This document shows positions 1 to 11,175 of a DNA stretch of 62,831 nt, one piece after another (position 1 is the stretch's first letter; the number at the start of each line of letters is the position of its first letter). Under the pieces are notes generated by a model. That model ran no database searches. It saw nothing but the letters and a program-made list of their open reading frames with translations, and was not told the DNA's origin. This DNA is from an uncultured Clostridia bacterium (GTDB lineage Bacteria; Bacillota; Clostridia; Christensenellales; UBA1242), in assembly GCA_945921465.1 (NCBI GenBank), contig CAMEKS010000003.1:1-62831 (forward strand), written 5' to 3'. A program made the position numbers and the translations under genes.

Positions 1-2
1 CC

Positions 3-1433
3 GTTTCTGTATTTGCTGGCAATGAGAATAGTCCTAGAGATGAAGAAACTTATAACCGTTGGAAAGAATTGGGGATACCAGAAAGAAATATTTATTATCT
101 TGGCAAGAAAGAGAATGGCAAGGAGAATAACTGGTGGGAACTAGGCGAAGTAGGTCCTTGTGGCCCAGATAGCGAGATGTTCTATATTACTGACAAAAAG
201 CCATGTGGGCCAAACTGTTCGCCTGCATGTGACTGTGGCAGATTTCTAGAGATTTGGAATGATGTATTTATGGGCTTTGTTAGACGTAGCGAAGGTGCGC
301 CAATTGAGCCATTGAAGAACAAAAATGTAGATACAGGCTTAGGACTAGAACGAACCGTGTGTGTGCTTAATGGTTATAAGAGTGTATACGAGGTAGATAG
401 TCTAAAACCTGCAATTGAGATATTAGAGGCTCTTAGTGGCAAGGAATACGGCAAATCTGAGGAAGATGACAAAGCAATGCGCGTTATTGCCGATCACTTA
501 AGGACAACTACTATGGTTATAGGTGACGAGGTATCTACTACACCTTCTAATATAGGTAGGGGATATGTGCTTCGCAGATTAATTAGACGTAGCATTAACT
601 TTGCTAGAAGATTGGGCATCGATCCATTTAAGTTAGAGCAAGTAGTTGATTTTTACCTAGATTTCTTCCAAGATTCTTATACTTGCTTGGCCAAGAATAG
701 AGAGTTGGTTAAGAGTGAATTTGTTAAAGAAGTTAAGAAATTTAATAACACTATTGCCCAAGGATTGAAAGAATTTGATAAAGCGATTAGTGATATGACA
801 GATGTGACCATTAATGGTGCAGTAGCATTCAGACTATACGATACGTTTGGTTTCCCTGTAGAATTAACTTGCGAGTTGGCTGCCGAGAAAGGTCTAAAAG
901 TTAATATGGATGAATACAACGAGTGTTATAGGGCGCATCAAGAGAAGAGCCGAACTAGCAGTGCAGGTGTATTTAAGGGTGGCTTGGCAGGGACCGATTA
1001 TGGCTATGCCAAGTATCATACTGCTACACACTTATTGCTTGCAGCACTTAGAAAATATTTGGGAGATGGCGTATATCAGAGAGGTAGTAATATTACACTA
1101 GAGCGTATGAGATTTGACTTCAGTTTTGATAGAAAATTAACGCCAGAAGAATTATTACAGATAGAGAATGAGGTTAATACTCACATCCAGGAAGCAATTC
1201 CTGTTGTTTGCGAAGAGATGAGCTTAGCTGATGCTAAGAAGAGCGGCGCTATGGGAATATTTGATAACAAATATGGTGACAAAGTAACTGTATATACTAT
1301 AGGTAATGTATCTAAAGAAATTTGCGGAGGACCACATGCCCAAAATACAAAAGATTTGGGATATTTTAAGATAACTAAGGAAGAGAGCAGTAGTTCGGGT
1401 GTAAGACGTATCAAGGCGATATTGACAGATTAA
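3..1433 (+). CDS. alaS: Alanine--tRNA ligase, 5'-partial (frame is open from the window edge), short form
   Basis: NWWELGEVGPCGPDSE, EIWNDVF, NVDTGLGLER, ADHLR, LYDTFGFP; editing domain HTATHLL and EICGGPH; ends GVRRIKAILTD. Frame 3 reads VSVFAGNENSPRD... upstream of 69 without a stop. Confidence 0.97.
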   Translation, partial: VSVFAGNENSPRDEETYNRWKELGIPERNIYYLGKKENGKENNWWELGEVGPCGPDSEMFYITDKKPCGPNCSPACDCGRFLEIWNDVFMGFVRRSEGAPIEPLKNKNVDTGLGLERTVCVLNGYKSVYEVDSLKPAIEILEALSGKEYGKSEEDDKAMRVIADHLRTTTMVIGDEVSTTPSNIGRGYVLRRLIRRSINFARRLGIDPFKLEQVVDFYLDFFQDSYTCLAKNRELVKSEFVKEVKKFNNTIAQGLKEFDKAISDMTDVTINGAVAFRLYDTFGFPVELTCELAAEKGLKVNMDEYNECYRAHQEKSRTSSAGVFKGGLAGTDYGYAKYHTATHLLLAALRKYLGDGVYQRGSNITLERMRFDFSFDRKLTPEELLQIENEVNTHIQEAIPVVCEEMSLADAKKSGAMGIFDNKYGDKVTVYTIGNVSKEICGGPHAQNTKDLGYFKITKEESSSSGVRRIKAILTD

Positions 1434-1580
1434 TATCAATAGTTATGCGGGAATTAGTAATTTCTCATAACTTGTGGATTATTATAAGTAAAGGGATATA
1501 TTAGGTCGCCTGTTATAGAACAAATAAGATAAACAAAAAGGCAACTAGTATAAACCATAGATATCAAGGAAAAAAGAAAA

Positions 1581-3785
1581 ATGATAGACAAGACTATAAT
1601 AGAGAATCAAATACAGATTAATAGACTACTGGGTATGGAGTATGATTTTGTAATTGCTCAACTATGTGTACTTAATAACAAGCCATATCAAGATATGAAG
1701 AAAGAATTAGATAGGTTGATAGAATTTGGTGTGTATTCAGTGGATAACAACATATTGGGCAAGGCAAAAACGACAGTAAAATCTGGTAATGAAAATAGCA
1801 GTATTGGTGTAACAGATGAGATGCTAGCAGACGCTTATGAGATGCTGAAGCGTAAAGATCGCAAATCCAGAGCCAAAGTCAATAGGGTTGAGGGTACTAT
1901 AGATATGACTCGAAGTGGATACGCATTTTTGGTGCCATTAGACAAAAATATAGAAGATATATTTATTGCTGAAAAAGATCTAAAAGGTGCTAATAATAAC
2001 GATGTGGTAATTGCAGAATATCGCAACGCAGTCGGCAAAAGGAAAGAGGGCAAGGTAATACATATTTTGCAGCGAGGACAAGAACGAATAGTAGGTAAGA
2101 TTGCTATTAATAAGAATTGCGCATATGTTAGTCCCGATGATGTTAAGTTTGGCAACGACATCTATATTCCTCTTAATAAGACCAAAGGCGCCAACCAAGG
2201 TGATAAGGTATTTGTTAAGATAACCAAGTACTATGCAAACCCAAAACAATGCCCAGACGGCGAGGTTATTGAGGTATTGGGGGCTCCTGACAAGATAGAG
2301 ACAATGATATTAGGAGTTATGCGTAATTATGATTTGTATGAGGATTTTCCTACCAAGGTCAAAGACATTGCGAGATCAATACCACAAGTGCTAGATGTAA
2401 CCAAATATCCTAAGAGATTGGATTTAAGAGACAAAATTTGTTTTACAATAGATGGTGAAGATAGTAGAGATTTGGATGATGCAGTTTCTTTGCATATTAA
2501 CAACAAAGGCAACAGGGTTCTTGGTGTACATATAGCCGATGTAGGAGAGTATGTTAGACTCAATTCAGATTTAGACAAAGAAGCATTTAAGCGTGGCACT
2601 AGTGTGTATTTTCCTAACATAGTTCTACCAATGCTTCCTAGAGAGTTGTCTAATGGTATTTGTTCGCTAAATGAAATGCAGGACAGGTTGGCGCTGACTG
2701 TTTTTATAGAATACGATGACAATGCTAATGTACTAGATTATTCTATTCACGAGAGTATTATTAAATCTAAGAAGCGATTTACATACACAACAGTTCAAGC
2801 AATACTTGAAGGCAACGAAGATGTGTGCGATGCTAACAAAGATTTTGCTAAAATTGTACAAGATATGAATGTATTGGCACTACAGATTCGCAAAAATCGT
2901 GATAAGGCAGGCAATATAGAATTTAATATACCAGAGGTTCAAATCTATCTTAATGATTTGGGTGGTGTAGATCATATCGAGAAGCGAGAGTCTGACGATA
3001 GTCACAAATTAATAGAGGCTTTTATGGTGGCTGCTAATGAGGTGGTAGCAAAACACTATCAGACTCGCAAACTTCCTTTTGTATATCGAATTCACGAGAC
3101 ACCAGATCCTGAGAAGATGAACTCGTTCTTGTCTCTAATTAACAAATTTGGTGTGTCTACTAAGATCAATCCAGAGAAAGTACCGCCTAAGGAATTGCAG
3201 TTATTGCTTAATCAAGTCAAGGGCACTAATGCTGAATATGCGGTTAATAAAATTTGTTTGCGTAGTATGCAAAAAGCAAAATATAGTCCAGAGTGTCTAG
3301 GACATTATGGTTTGGCGTTAACATACTATACACACTTTACTTCTCCAATTCGTAGATATCCTGACCTTACAATTCATAGGATTATCAAGGCAGATTTAAG
3401 AGGTGAATTGGTGGGTAGTACATTGACAGAGGCCAAACGATTTGTTCAAGCAAGTTCACTTAATTCTTCTGCGAGAGAGGTGGTGGCAGAGAAAGCAGAG
3501 CGTGATGTAGATGATATATATAAGGCATATTATATGTCAGACAAGATTGGTGAGGTGTATGACGGTATTATCAGTTCCGTCACCAAGTTTGGTTGCTATG
3601 TAGCACTAGACAATACGGTAGAAGGATTGGTATCTTTGCATGATATTGATGATAATATGGAATATATAGAAGGAGACTATATGCTCCGATCTAATAACAC
3701 TAGTATATATATTGGCAAAAAAGTTACGGTGCAAGTCATATCAGTCAATGTGGCAGAAGGTCAAGTAAATTTCAAGTTTGTATAG
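1581..3785 (+). CDS. rnr: Ribonuclease R (RNB family 3'-5' exoribonuclease)
   Basis: Cold-shock domains, FTIDGEDSRDLDDA catalytic motif, YTHFTSPIRRYPDL, C-terminal S1 domain. Confidence 0.95.
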   Translation: MIDKTIIENQIQINRLLGMEYDFVIAQLCVLNNKPYQDMKKELDRLIEFGVYSVDNNILGKAKTTVKSGNENSSIGVTDEMLADAYEMLKRKDRKSRAKVNRVEGTIDMTRSGYAFLVPLDKNIEDIFIAEKDLKGANNNDVVIAEYRNAVGKRKEGKVIHILQRGQERIVGKIAINKNCAYVSPDDVKFGNDIYIPLNKTKGANQGDKVFVKITKYYANPKQCPDGEVIEVLGAPDKIETMILGVMRNYDLYEDFPTKVKDIARSIPQVLDVTKYPKRLDLRDKICFTIDGEDSRDLDDAVSLHINNKGNRVLGVHIADVGEYVRLNSDLDKEAFKRGTSVYFPNIVLPMLPRELSNGICSLNEMQDRLALTVFIEYDDNANVLDYSIHESIIKSKKRFTYTTVQAILEGNEDVCDANKDFAKIVQDMNVLALQIRKNRDKAGNIEFNIPEVQIYLNDLGGVDHIEKRESDDSHKLIEAFMVAANEVVAKHYQTRKLPFVYRIHETPDPEKMNSFLSLINKFGVSTKINPEKVPPKELQLLLNQVKGTNAEYAVNKICLRSMQKAKYSPECLGHYGLALTYYTHFTSPIRRYPDLTIHRIIKADLRGELVGSTLTEAKRFVQASSLNSSAREVVAEKAERDVDDIYKAYYMSDKIGEVYDGIISSVTKFGCYVALDNTVEGLVSLHDIDDNMEYIEGDYMLRSNNTSIYIGKKVTVQVISVNVAEGQVNFKFV

Positions 3786-4073
3786 TAAATAGAGTTTAGT
3801 ATTATGCAAAACACTAATAACACGCTAGAATTAGAGAATATTTTACTATTTCTAGCGTTTATTGTTAGTATGGTGGCAACTCACAATATATACAATCTGT
3901 CTGTTGCCTTAAGTTATGATATACTGAAAAATTAGTATGGTTAAATAAATATAACCTTTCAACTTATTAAACTTAATTTGTGCATAGTATGAGATATCAA
4001 TGCGATGTCTATAGCACGATGAATATAAGTGTAATTATTACGAAATGCATTTAGTATTTTACACTAGATAATA

Positions 4074-6056
4074 ATGGATATAATAAATACTATGGAAGAA
4101 TTTGATTTGGTGTCGAAGTATCAGCCTACAGGTGATCAACCTCAGGCTATCAATAGCATTACCGAAGGTATTAAGGATGGCCTTAGATACCAGACTCTTT
4201 TGGGCGTTACTGGCAGCGGCAAAACATTTACTATGGCAAATATTATTAAAAATATCAATCGCCCAGTATTGGTTTTGGCACATAATAAGACATTAGCGGG
4301 GCAATTGTGTAATGAGTTTCGTGAATTTTTTCCTAATAATAGGGTAGAATACTTTGTTAGTTATTACGATTATTACCAGCCAGAGGCGTATGTAGTATCT
4401 TCGGATACATATATAGCCAAAGATATGAGTGTTAATGAAGAAATAGACAAGCTTCGCCATTCGGCGACGTGTTCACTATTCGAAAGGCGTGATGTAATAG
4501 TTGTTGCAAGTGTAAGTTGTATATATGGTCTAGGAAATCCAGAGACTTATTCGTCGATGTGCCTATCTCTAAGAGAGGGGCAGAAGATAGACAAATCTGA
4601 TATAATAAAGCAATTAATCAAGTTGCAATATCAGCGTAATGATATTGATTTTAAGCGTGCTACTTTTAGATCAAAAGGCGATACACTAGATATAATTCCA
4701 CCAAATAAAACAGAGGTAGCGATTAGAATATCGTTTTGGGGTGACGAGATAGAAGAAATATCTGAGATTGATGTGTTAACGGGCAAAAAAAATAGTACTC
4801 TTAAGCACTTGTATTTGTTGCCGGCTACCCATTATGCTATTGGCAATGAAGCCAATCTAGATGCTATACTAGATGAGATTAGACACGACTGTTTGGTTAG
4901 AGTGAAAGAGTTCGAGGATGCAGGCAAGTTGATAGAAGCTCAACGCATCAAAGAGCGTGTGTATTATGATTTAGAGATGATTAAAGAAGTGGGTTATTGC
5001 AGTGGGATAGAGAACTATTCTAGATATTTCGATGGGCGCAAGGCGGGTGAGCCACCCTATACATTACTCGATTATTTTCCGAAAGACTTTGTGTTGTTTG
5101 TGGATGAGAGTCATATCACTTTGCCACAAGTAAGGGGTATGTTCCGTGGTGATTATATGCGCAAGACCAGTTTGATTGATTACGGGTTCAGGTTGCCATC
5201 GGCATATGATAACAGACCACTTAATTTTGAAGAGTTTGAGAAGAGGATAGGACAAGCAGTATTCGTATCCGCCACTCCAGGTGAATATGAACTGAACAAT
5301 AGTGACAATGTGGCCGAGCAGATTATTAGGCCAACAGGTCTATTAGATCCTGAGATATTTATCAGACCTATTGAGGGGCAGGTTGATAATCTGATAGGCG
5401 AAATTAATAATACTATCAACAACGACGGCAGGGTATTAGTAACTACGCTAACCAAGAAGATGGCGGAGAATTTGACTTCTTACTTAACTGACAAGGGCAT
5501 TAAGGTCAGATATCTTCATTCCGATATAGATACATTAGAGCGTATGGAAATTATTAATTCGCTTAGAGCCAAAGAGTTTGACGTACTAATAGGTATTAAT
5601 TTGCTTAGAGAGGGAATAGATATACCAGAAGTTAAATTAGTCGCTATACTAGATGCCGACAAAGAGGGATTCCTTAGGAGTGATTGGGCATTAATACAGA
5701 CTATTGGTCGAGCCAGCCGTAATAGCGAATCCAAAGTAATATTATATGCAGATGTTATGACTAAATCTATAACCAAAGCGGTGGAAGAGACTAAACGACG
5801 CCGTAGTATTCAGATGAAGTATAATTCAGAGCATGGTATTATACCCAAGACTATAATTAAACCGATTAAGAATACGTTAGAAATAACCAAGAAAGCAAGT
5901 AGTAAAAAGAAAATTAAAATGTCCAAATCCGAGGCTCTGCACGAAATTGAAACTTTACGTGTTCAGATGAAGATTGTTGCTGATGAGTTTGATTTCGAAA
6001 CAGCAATAAAATTGCGAGATCGTATCAAAGAACTTGAGAAATATACCAACAAATAA
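4074..6056 (+). CDS. uvrB: Excinuclease ABC subunit B
   Basis: [18 protein letters not shown] beta-hairpin, [15 protein letters not shown]-terminal coil. Confidence 0.98.
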   Translation: MDIINTMEEFDLVSKYQPTGDQPQAINSITEGIKDGLRYQTLLGVTGSGKTFTMANIIKNINRPVLVLAHNKTLAGQLCNEFREFFPNNRVEYFVSYYDYYQPEAYVVSSDTYIAKDMSVNEEIDKLRHSATCSLFERRDVIVVASVSCIYGLGNPETYSSMCLSLREGQKIDKSDIIKQLIKLQYQRNDIDFKRATFRSKGDTLDIIPPNKTEVAIRISFWGDEIEEISEIDVLTGKKNSTLKHLYLLPATHYAIGNEANLDAILDEIRHDCLVRVKEFEDAGKLIEAQRIKERVYYDLEMIKEVGYCSGIENYSRYFDGRKAGEPPYTLLDYFPKDFVLFVDESHITLPQVRGMFRGDYMRKTSLIDYGFRLPSAYDNRPLNFEEFEKRIGQAVFVSATPGEYELNNSDNVAEQIIRPTGLLDPEIFIRPIEGQVDNLIGEINNTINNDGRVLVTTLTKKMAENLTSYLTDKGIKVRYLHSDIDTLERMEIINSLRAKEFDVLIGINLLREGIDIPEVKLVAILDADKEGFLRSDWALIQTIGRASRNSESKVILYADVMTKSITKAVEETKRRRSIQMKYNSEHGIIPKTIIKPIKNTLEITKKASSKKKIKMSKSEALHEIETLRVQMKIVADEFDFETAIKLRDRIKELEKYTNK

Positions 6057-6068
6057 ATAGGAGTCAAA

Positions 6069-8858
6069 ATGCTAGAAAATATAGTTATTCGAGGAGCAAG
6101 GCAAAATAATTTGAAGAATATTAACTTGACCATTCCTCGTAACAAATTAGTGGTTTTTACAGGGGTTAGTGGTAGTGGCAAGAGTACTTTGGCTTTTGAC
6201 ACTATTTTTGCAGAGGGGCAGCGTAGATATATGGAGAGTCTATCCAGTTATGCAAGGCAATTCTTGGGGCAAATGGAGAAACCGGATGTGGATAGTATCG
6301 ACGGATTGTCGCCTAGTATTGCTATAGATCAGAAGTCGACATCGCACAATCCTCGTAGTACTGTAGGAACAGTGACCGAAATCTATGACTATATGCGTCT
6401 ATTATTTGCACATATTGGCGTGCCATATTGTCCGAATTGCAAAACTAAGATAACATCTTCATCCATAGACGTAATTGTGGATAATATAATGCAATTGCCC
6501 TTGGGTACTAAGATAATGATTGAAGCACCTGTGTACAAGGGTAAGAAAGGTACTTTTGCCAACGAGTTAGGTGTGTTTAAGAAAGATGGCTATCAGCGTG
6601 TAAGGATAGATGGCGAAGTTAGAGATTTGGACGAAGAAATATTACTGGAGAAAAATCTAAAGCATAATATCTCTGTGATTGTAGACAGATTGATTATCAA
6701 GGAAGATATGACTAAGCGTTTGACCGAATCTGTTGAGATTGCGATGAAATTAACTGATGGCATTGTTGAGGTTACTGGTGACGGTATAGACGATGTATAC
6801 AATAGCAAATTAGCTTGCTCGACTTGCGGATATTCTATAGGCGAAATCAGTCCTAGGATATTTAGTTTTAATAATCCATTTGGCGCTTGTCCTGACTGCT
6901 TGGGGTTGGGCTATAAACAAGTTGTCGACATTGACAAGTTAATCAAGGCACCAAATGTTAGTGTGCTAGAGGGGGCTGTTGGCTTGAGTTGGGTGTTTGA
7001 ACCTAGTTTGGTCAATTCGTTTTACAAAGCAGTTTGCGACAAGTTTGGCATAGAATATAGCACAGCGTACAAAGATTTGCCTAAGGATGTAAAGAACACA
7101 TTGCTATATGGCACAAATGGTGAAAAAATCCCAAGTTATTTGCCTTGGCTAAAACGTAACGGAATGTGTGCATTTGAAGGTTTTGTCCCATTGCTAGAAA
7201 AACGATATAGAGAGTCCACCAGCGACTTTATGAAGTCAGAAATTGGAAAATTAATGTTAGATATGCAATGTCCTACCTGCAAAGGTAAGAGATTGAAGCC
7301 AGAAGTATTAAATATTCTAATTAACGGTAAGAGTATTGCCGACTTGTGTAACTATCCGATAGATAAATTATATGAATTTATGGATGGATTAAATCTTAAC
7401 AAAACACAATCTTCTATTGCAGCTCCAATATTAAAAGAGATCAAGGCAAGATTACGATTTTTACTTAATGTTGGGTTAGATTATCTAGAATTGTCTAGAT
7501 ATTCTAATACTTTGTCTGGAGGCGAGTCACAACGTATCAGATTGGCGACCCAGATAGGTAGTGGCTTGACTGGAGTAATATATATTCTAGACGAGCCTAG
7601 TATAGGCCTGCACCAACGAGATAATGAGAAACTACTCTCGACTTTGCAAAACCTACGGGATATAGGCAATACAGTTATAGTGGTCGAACATGACGAGGAT
7701 ACTATGAGGATGGCTGACTACCTGGTTGACGTGGGTCCATATGCTGGTGTTAATGGTGGCAAAATTGTAGCAGAAGGCAGTGTGCAAGATTTAATTAATT
7801 CACCAGACAGTATCACAGGAAAATACTTGAGCGGAGAATGGAAGATAGATGTCCCAACTACTAGGAATGAACCAAAGAATGGGTTTATCAAAATTATCGG
7901 AGCTAAACAAAACAACTTAAAGAATATTGATGTAGAGATTCCTATAGGGGTGATTACAGCTGTAACTGGTGTTAGCGGTAGCGGAAAGAGTAGCCTAGTT
8001 AATGAGATACTATATCCTGCGTTTAACAATTATGTTAATAATAGCAATTTGCCAGAAGGCAAGTATAAGAAGATTGTTGGGCTGGACGCTTTTGACAAAG
8101 TAATTAATATTGACCAGAGCCCAATTGGTAGGACTCCTCGTAGCAATCCAGCCACATACACTAATGTATTCACTGATATTAGAGATTTGTTTGCAAAGAC
8201 TCAAGATGCCAAAGAACGCGGTTATTCAGCAGGTAGATTTTCTTTTAATATCGCTGGAGGTAGATGCGAAGCCTGCGGTGGTGCCGGTATTAATAAGATA
8301 GAGATGTTCTTTATGCCAGATGTCTACGTCCCTTGCGAAGTTTGCCGTGGCAAGCGATATAATAGAGAGACATTAGAGGTAAAATACAAGGGAAAGAATA
8401 TATATAATGTACTAGATATGAGCATAGATGAAGCTAATAAATTTTTTGAGACTATTCCTAGGATCAAAAACAAATTACAGACACTGGTAGATGTAGGGCT
8501 AGGATATATTAAGTTAGGACAGCCAGCAACCGAACTTAGTGGAGGTGAGGCGCAGCGTGTAAAATTGGCGACCGAATTGAGTCGGAAAGGTACTGGCAAA
8601 AGCCTATATATACTAGACGAACCAACCACTGGCTTGCACTTCTACGATGTAGACAAATTAATAAAAATCCTTAGAAGATTGGCAGATGGTGGCAACACTA
8701 TAGTTGTTATAGAGCACAATCTAGATGTTATTAAGTCTGCAGATTATATTATTGACCTCGGACCAGAAGGTGGTGTTAATGGTGGTGAAGTGGTTGTGGC
8801 TGGTACAATAGATGAAGTTAAGAAATCTGGCAAGGGCTATACTAGCAAGTATTTATAA
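6069..8858 (+). CDS. uvrA: Excinuclease ABC subunit A
   Basis: Two ABC cassettes (GVSGSGKS, LSGGE, LDEP), CxxC zinc fingers, 12 nt after uvrB. Confidence 0.98.
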   Translation: MLENIVIRGARQNNLKNINLTIPRNKLVVFTGVSGSGKSTLAFDTIFAEGQRRYMESLSSYARQFLGQMEKPDVDSIDGLSPSIAIDQKSTSHNPRSTVGTVTEIYDYMRLLFAHIGVPYCPNCKTKITSSSIDVIVDNIMQLPLGTKIMIEAPVYKGKKGTFANELGVFKKDGYQRVRIDGEVRDLDEEILLEKNLKHNISVIVDRLIIKEDMTKRLTESVEIAMKLTDGIVEVTGDGIDDVYNSKLACSTCGYSIGEISPRIFSFNNPFGACPDCLGLGYKQVVDIDKLIKAPNVSVLEGAVGLSWVFEPSLVNSFYKAVCDKFGIEYSTAYKDLPKDVKNTLLYGTNGEKIPSYLPWLKRNGMCAFEGFVPLLEKRYRESTSDFMKSEIGKLMLDMQCPTCKGKRLKPEVLNILINGKSIADLCNYPIDKLYEFMDGLNLNKTQSSIAAPILKEIKARLRFLLNVGLDYLELSRYSNTLSGGESQRIRLATQIGSGLTGVIYILDEPSIGLHQRDNEKLLSTLQNLRDIGNTVIVVEHDEDTMRMADYLVDVGPYAGVNGGKIVAEGSVQDLINSPDSITGKYLSGEWKIDVPTTRNEPKNGFIKIIGAKQNNLKNIDVEIPIGVITAVTGVSGSGKSSLVNEILYPAFNNYVNNSNLPEGKYKKIVGLDAFDKVINIDQSPIGRTPRSNPATYTNVFTDIRDLFAKTQDAKERGYSAGRFSFNIAGGRCEACGGAGINKIEMFFMPDVYVPCEVCRGKRYNRETLEVKYKGKNIYNVLDMSIDEANKFFETIPRIKNKLQTLVDVGLGYIKLGQPATELSGGEAQRVKLATELSRKGTGKSLYILDEPTTGLHFYDVDKLIKILRRLADGGNTIVVIEHNLDVIKSADYIIDLGPEGGVNGGEVVVAGTIDEVKKSGKGYTSKYL

Positions 8859-9150
8859 TTTTTAATGATTGTATATAACAAATCATTATAATACTATGCA
8901 AAATTAAAAAATTAGTCTAAATAAACGAATTTTTTAGAGTCTAAGTATTTTGAATTAACTGAGTAATTAACATTGATGTTAATGATAATATTTTTGTTTG
9001 ATTGCAATAGCAAGATTGTGTATGATTTTAATTGAATTACTATTTAGGATATATTTAATAGTGTTAAATCAATAAGACAACATTATATTTATCATTTAAT
9101 ATGAATTAACTATAGCAAAAAACTGAAAATAAAAATACACATAATATAAT

Positions 9151-9885
9151 TTGTCAAAAGCGAATAAATTGTATAAAATAATACTAGGTAAGAATATGAA
9201 CAATAGAGTAAAGATAATTATTTCAATATTATCTGCTATAATAATATTAGCCATTGCTGGTATTAGTGTATTTTTGGTGCTTACTGCCGTCAGTACTACT
9301 ATTACATCTAATAATGTAGTGGTTAGTTATTACGGCGGTGATTTAGCTGTTGATGTTAAGATTACTGCAGAGTATTATGACGCAACTTTTAGTATTGATG
9401 GATCATCTGTTCACAAAGTTGTTGAGACTAAGGCGGAATTTAGCATTAGCCCTTACGCAACTGGAGACAATTTGACCAAATCTATTGATATAGGCAATAT
9501 AGATTTTGAGAAATACGGAGTTTCTTCAGAATACTATACCTTGATTTTTGTATTTACAGTAGACCCTTATATTACGAAGTCAAGTTATAGCGTTACTTTT
9601 GCTTATCAGGACACTGGAGACCTAGATAGTAATGTTTATTTGAGCAATTCTGCTAAATTTACAGGTTATTCAGGGAGTATTCTTAACGCTGGTAGTTTTT
9701 CTGGGTATATTAAGAGTGGTGCAACCGCTTGGTCAGGTAGTAAAACAACTACGACTTCGTCTTTTAATAGTGGGGCTAGTAATTATAGACAATTGACTTA
9801 TACCTTGAATATTAGGCCTCACTCGGATACGGCCAACTCGTCTATGTCTGGTAATTTTCTGATTAGTTTTTCCAAAAAGGCGTAA
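9151..9885 (+). CDS. Secreted/membrane-anchored beta-rich protein, paralogue 1 of 3 (probable start ATG 9196)
   Basis: Basic N-terminus plus ~24 hydrophobic residues; Ser/Thr/Tyr-rich beta-pattern body; shares motifs with 19997 and 20873 ORFs. Confidence 0.8.
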   Translation: MSKANKLYKIILGKNMNNRVKIIISILSAIIILAIAGISVFLVLTAVSTTITSNNVVVSYYGGDLAVDVKITAEYYDATFSIDGSSVHKVVETKAEFSISPYATGDNLTKSIDIGNIDFEKYGVSSEYYTLIFVFTVDPYITKSSYSVTFAYQDTGDLDSNVYLSNSAKFTGYSGSILNAGSFSGYIKSGATAWSGSKTTTTSSFNSGASNYRQLTYTLNIRPHSDTANSSMSGNFLISFSKKA

Positions 9886-10136
9886 TAATTAAGTACAATA
9901 ATAAATAATTGCCAACAGATTATAATTTGTTGGCTTATTTTGTTTGCTATGATGGTATGGCGATACTGGATGATTATGATTAAGCAGTGCAAATTGGTGA
10001 GTATCGCTGCAATAATAGATATTGTAAAATGTTAAATTATAATTTGTGGCAAAATTACAAAATGTTAGTATATAAGCCAAAAATCATTGTATAATATGCT
10101 AGTCTATGATATAATCTAAGAGGTATTTGAGGAGAT

Positions 10137-10688
10137 ATGACGATGGTATTTGATAATGACAATATGGACGAGAAATTAACTCTGTTATTCATATTAGAGC
10201 AAATGGAAATCCCGCTAACCCAGAATAATATTCTTGATATAATTACCCGTAATCAATGGCTTAATTATATGGAATGTATTGATATACTTAATCAGTTATT
10301 AGAAACTAATTTTATTTACAAAGTAGATGAAGACAAAGTAAGTAGTCCTGACGAGGTTAAGTATGCAATTACTTATTCTGGTAGAGAATGCCTTAGCCAT
10401 TTCTATACTCACATTAAGCTAAGCCTAAGAGAGGATATAATTAATTTCGCTAAAGAGAATGGTATTAAGTTTAAGCGAAGTCAAGAGTATCTAAGCGAAT
10501 ATACTAAAAACGAGGATGGTTCGTACAAAGTGACTTTGCGCATCAAGGAGCCTATGGTTAATCTGCCTTTGCTAGAGATTAATATTAAGGCACCTAGTAA
10601 GAGTGCTGCAATTAGTGCTTGTAATAAATGGAGTGACAAGGCGCCAAATGTATTTGAATTTTTATATGATAATATTGTTGATAACTAA
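10137..10688 (+). CDS. DUF4364-family (winged-helix-like) protein
   Basis: KLTLLFILEQMEIPLT...NYME...LLETNFI...ITYSGRECL pattern recognised; GAGGAG RBS. Confidence 0.7.
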   Translation: MTMVFDNDNMDEKLTLLFILEQMEIPLTQNNILDIITRNQWLNYMECIDILNQLLETNFIYKVDEDKVSSPDEVKYAITYSGRECLSHFYTHIKLSLREDIINFAKENGIKFKRSQEYLSEYTKNEDGSYKVTLRIKEPMVNLPLLEINIKAPSKSAAISACNKWSDKAPNVFEFLYDNIVDN

Positions 10689-10830
10689 AATTAGTTAACG
10701 ATTACAAAAATAAATATTCTTAGTGTAATCTAATTATAATAGATGAAATAAGTTTTTAATTAATGAATTATTATTAGTCAATATGTACTACCTTGCCAAT
10801 TAATGTGTAGCAATAATATTGACAACATAA

Positions 10831-11097
10831 ATGATAGGAGAGAATATGGGTATAGTATACAGAACAACAGGTACTTGTTCTAGAAGTATTGATTTTGAAG
10901 TAGATAGCAATAACAAAGTCCATAATGTGCGATTTGCTGGTGGATGTATGGGTAATACTCAAGGTGTGTCAAAACTAGTTGAAGGTATGGATGTGGACGA
11001 AGTGATATCTCGACTGAAAGGAGTGCAATGTCGCAACAACACTTCTTGTCCTGATCAGCTAGCACGAGCGTTAGAGGAATATAAGGATAAGAAATAA
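10831..11097 (+). CDS. Stand-alone TSCPD-domain protein (TIGR03905-like; probable start 10846)
   Basis: YRTTGTCSRSIDFEV, FAGGCMGN, GVQC...TSCPDQLA. Confidence 0.9.
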   Translation: MIGENMGIVYRTTGTCSRSIDFEVDSNNKVHNVRFAGGCMGNTQGVSKLVEGMDVDEVISRLKGVQCRNNTSCPDQLARALEEYKDKK

Positions 11098-11175
11098 TTA
11101 TCATCATATTTGATATAATTCTTTGTTCTATTGTTATATTTTAACTTCCAACAATAATTAATAAGGAGTAATAGT

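Noticed and set aside
4000-4070. SOS box upstream of uvrB
   Set aside because: No GAAC-N4-GTTY match found
9909-10010. GCCAACA...TGTTGGC hairpin and GCGATACT/AGTATCGC inverted pair
   Set aside because: First is best explained as a terminator; second is an 8-bp pair with no further support
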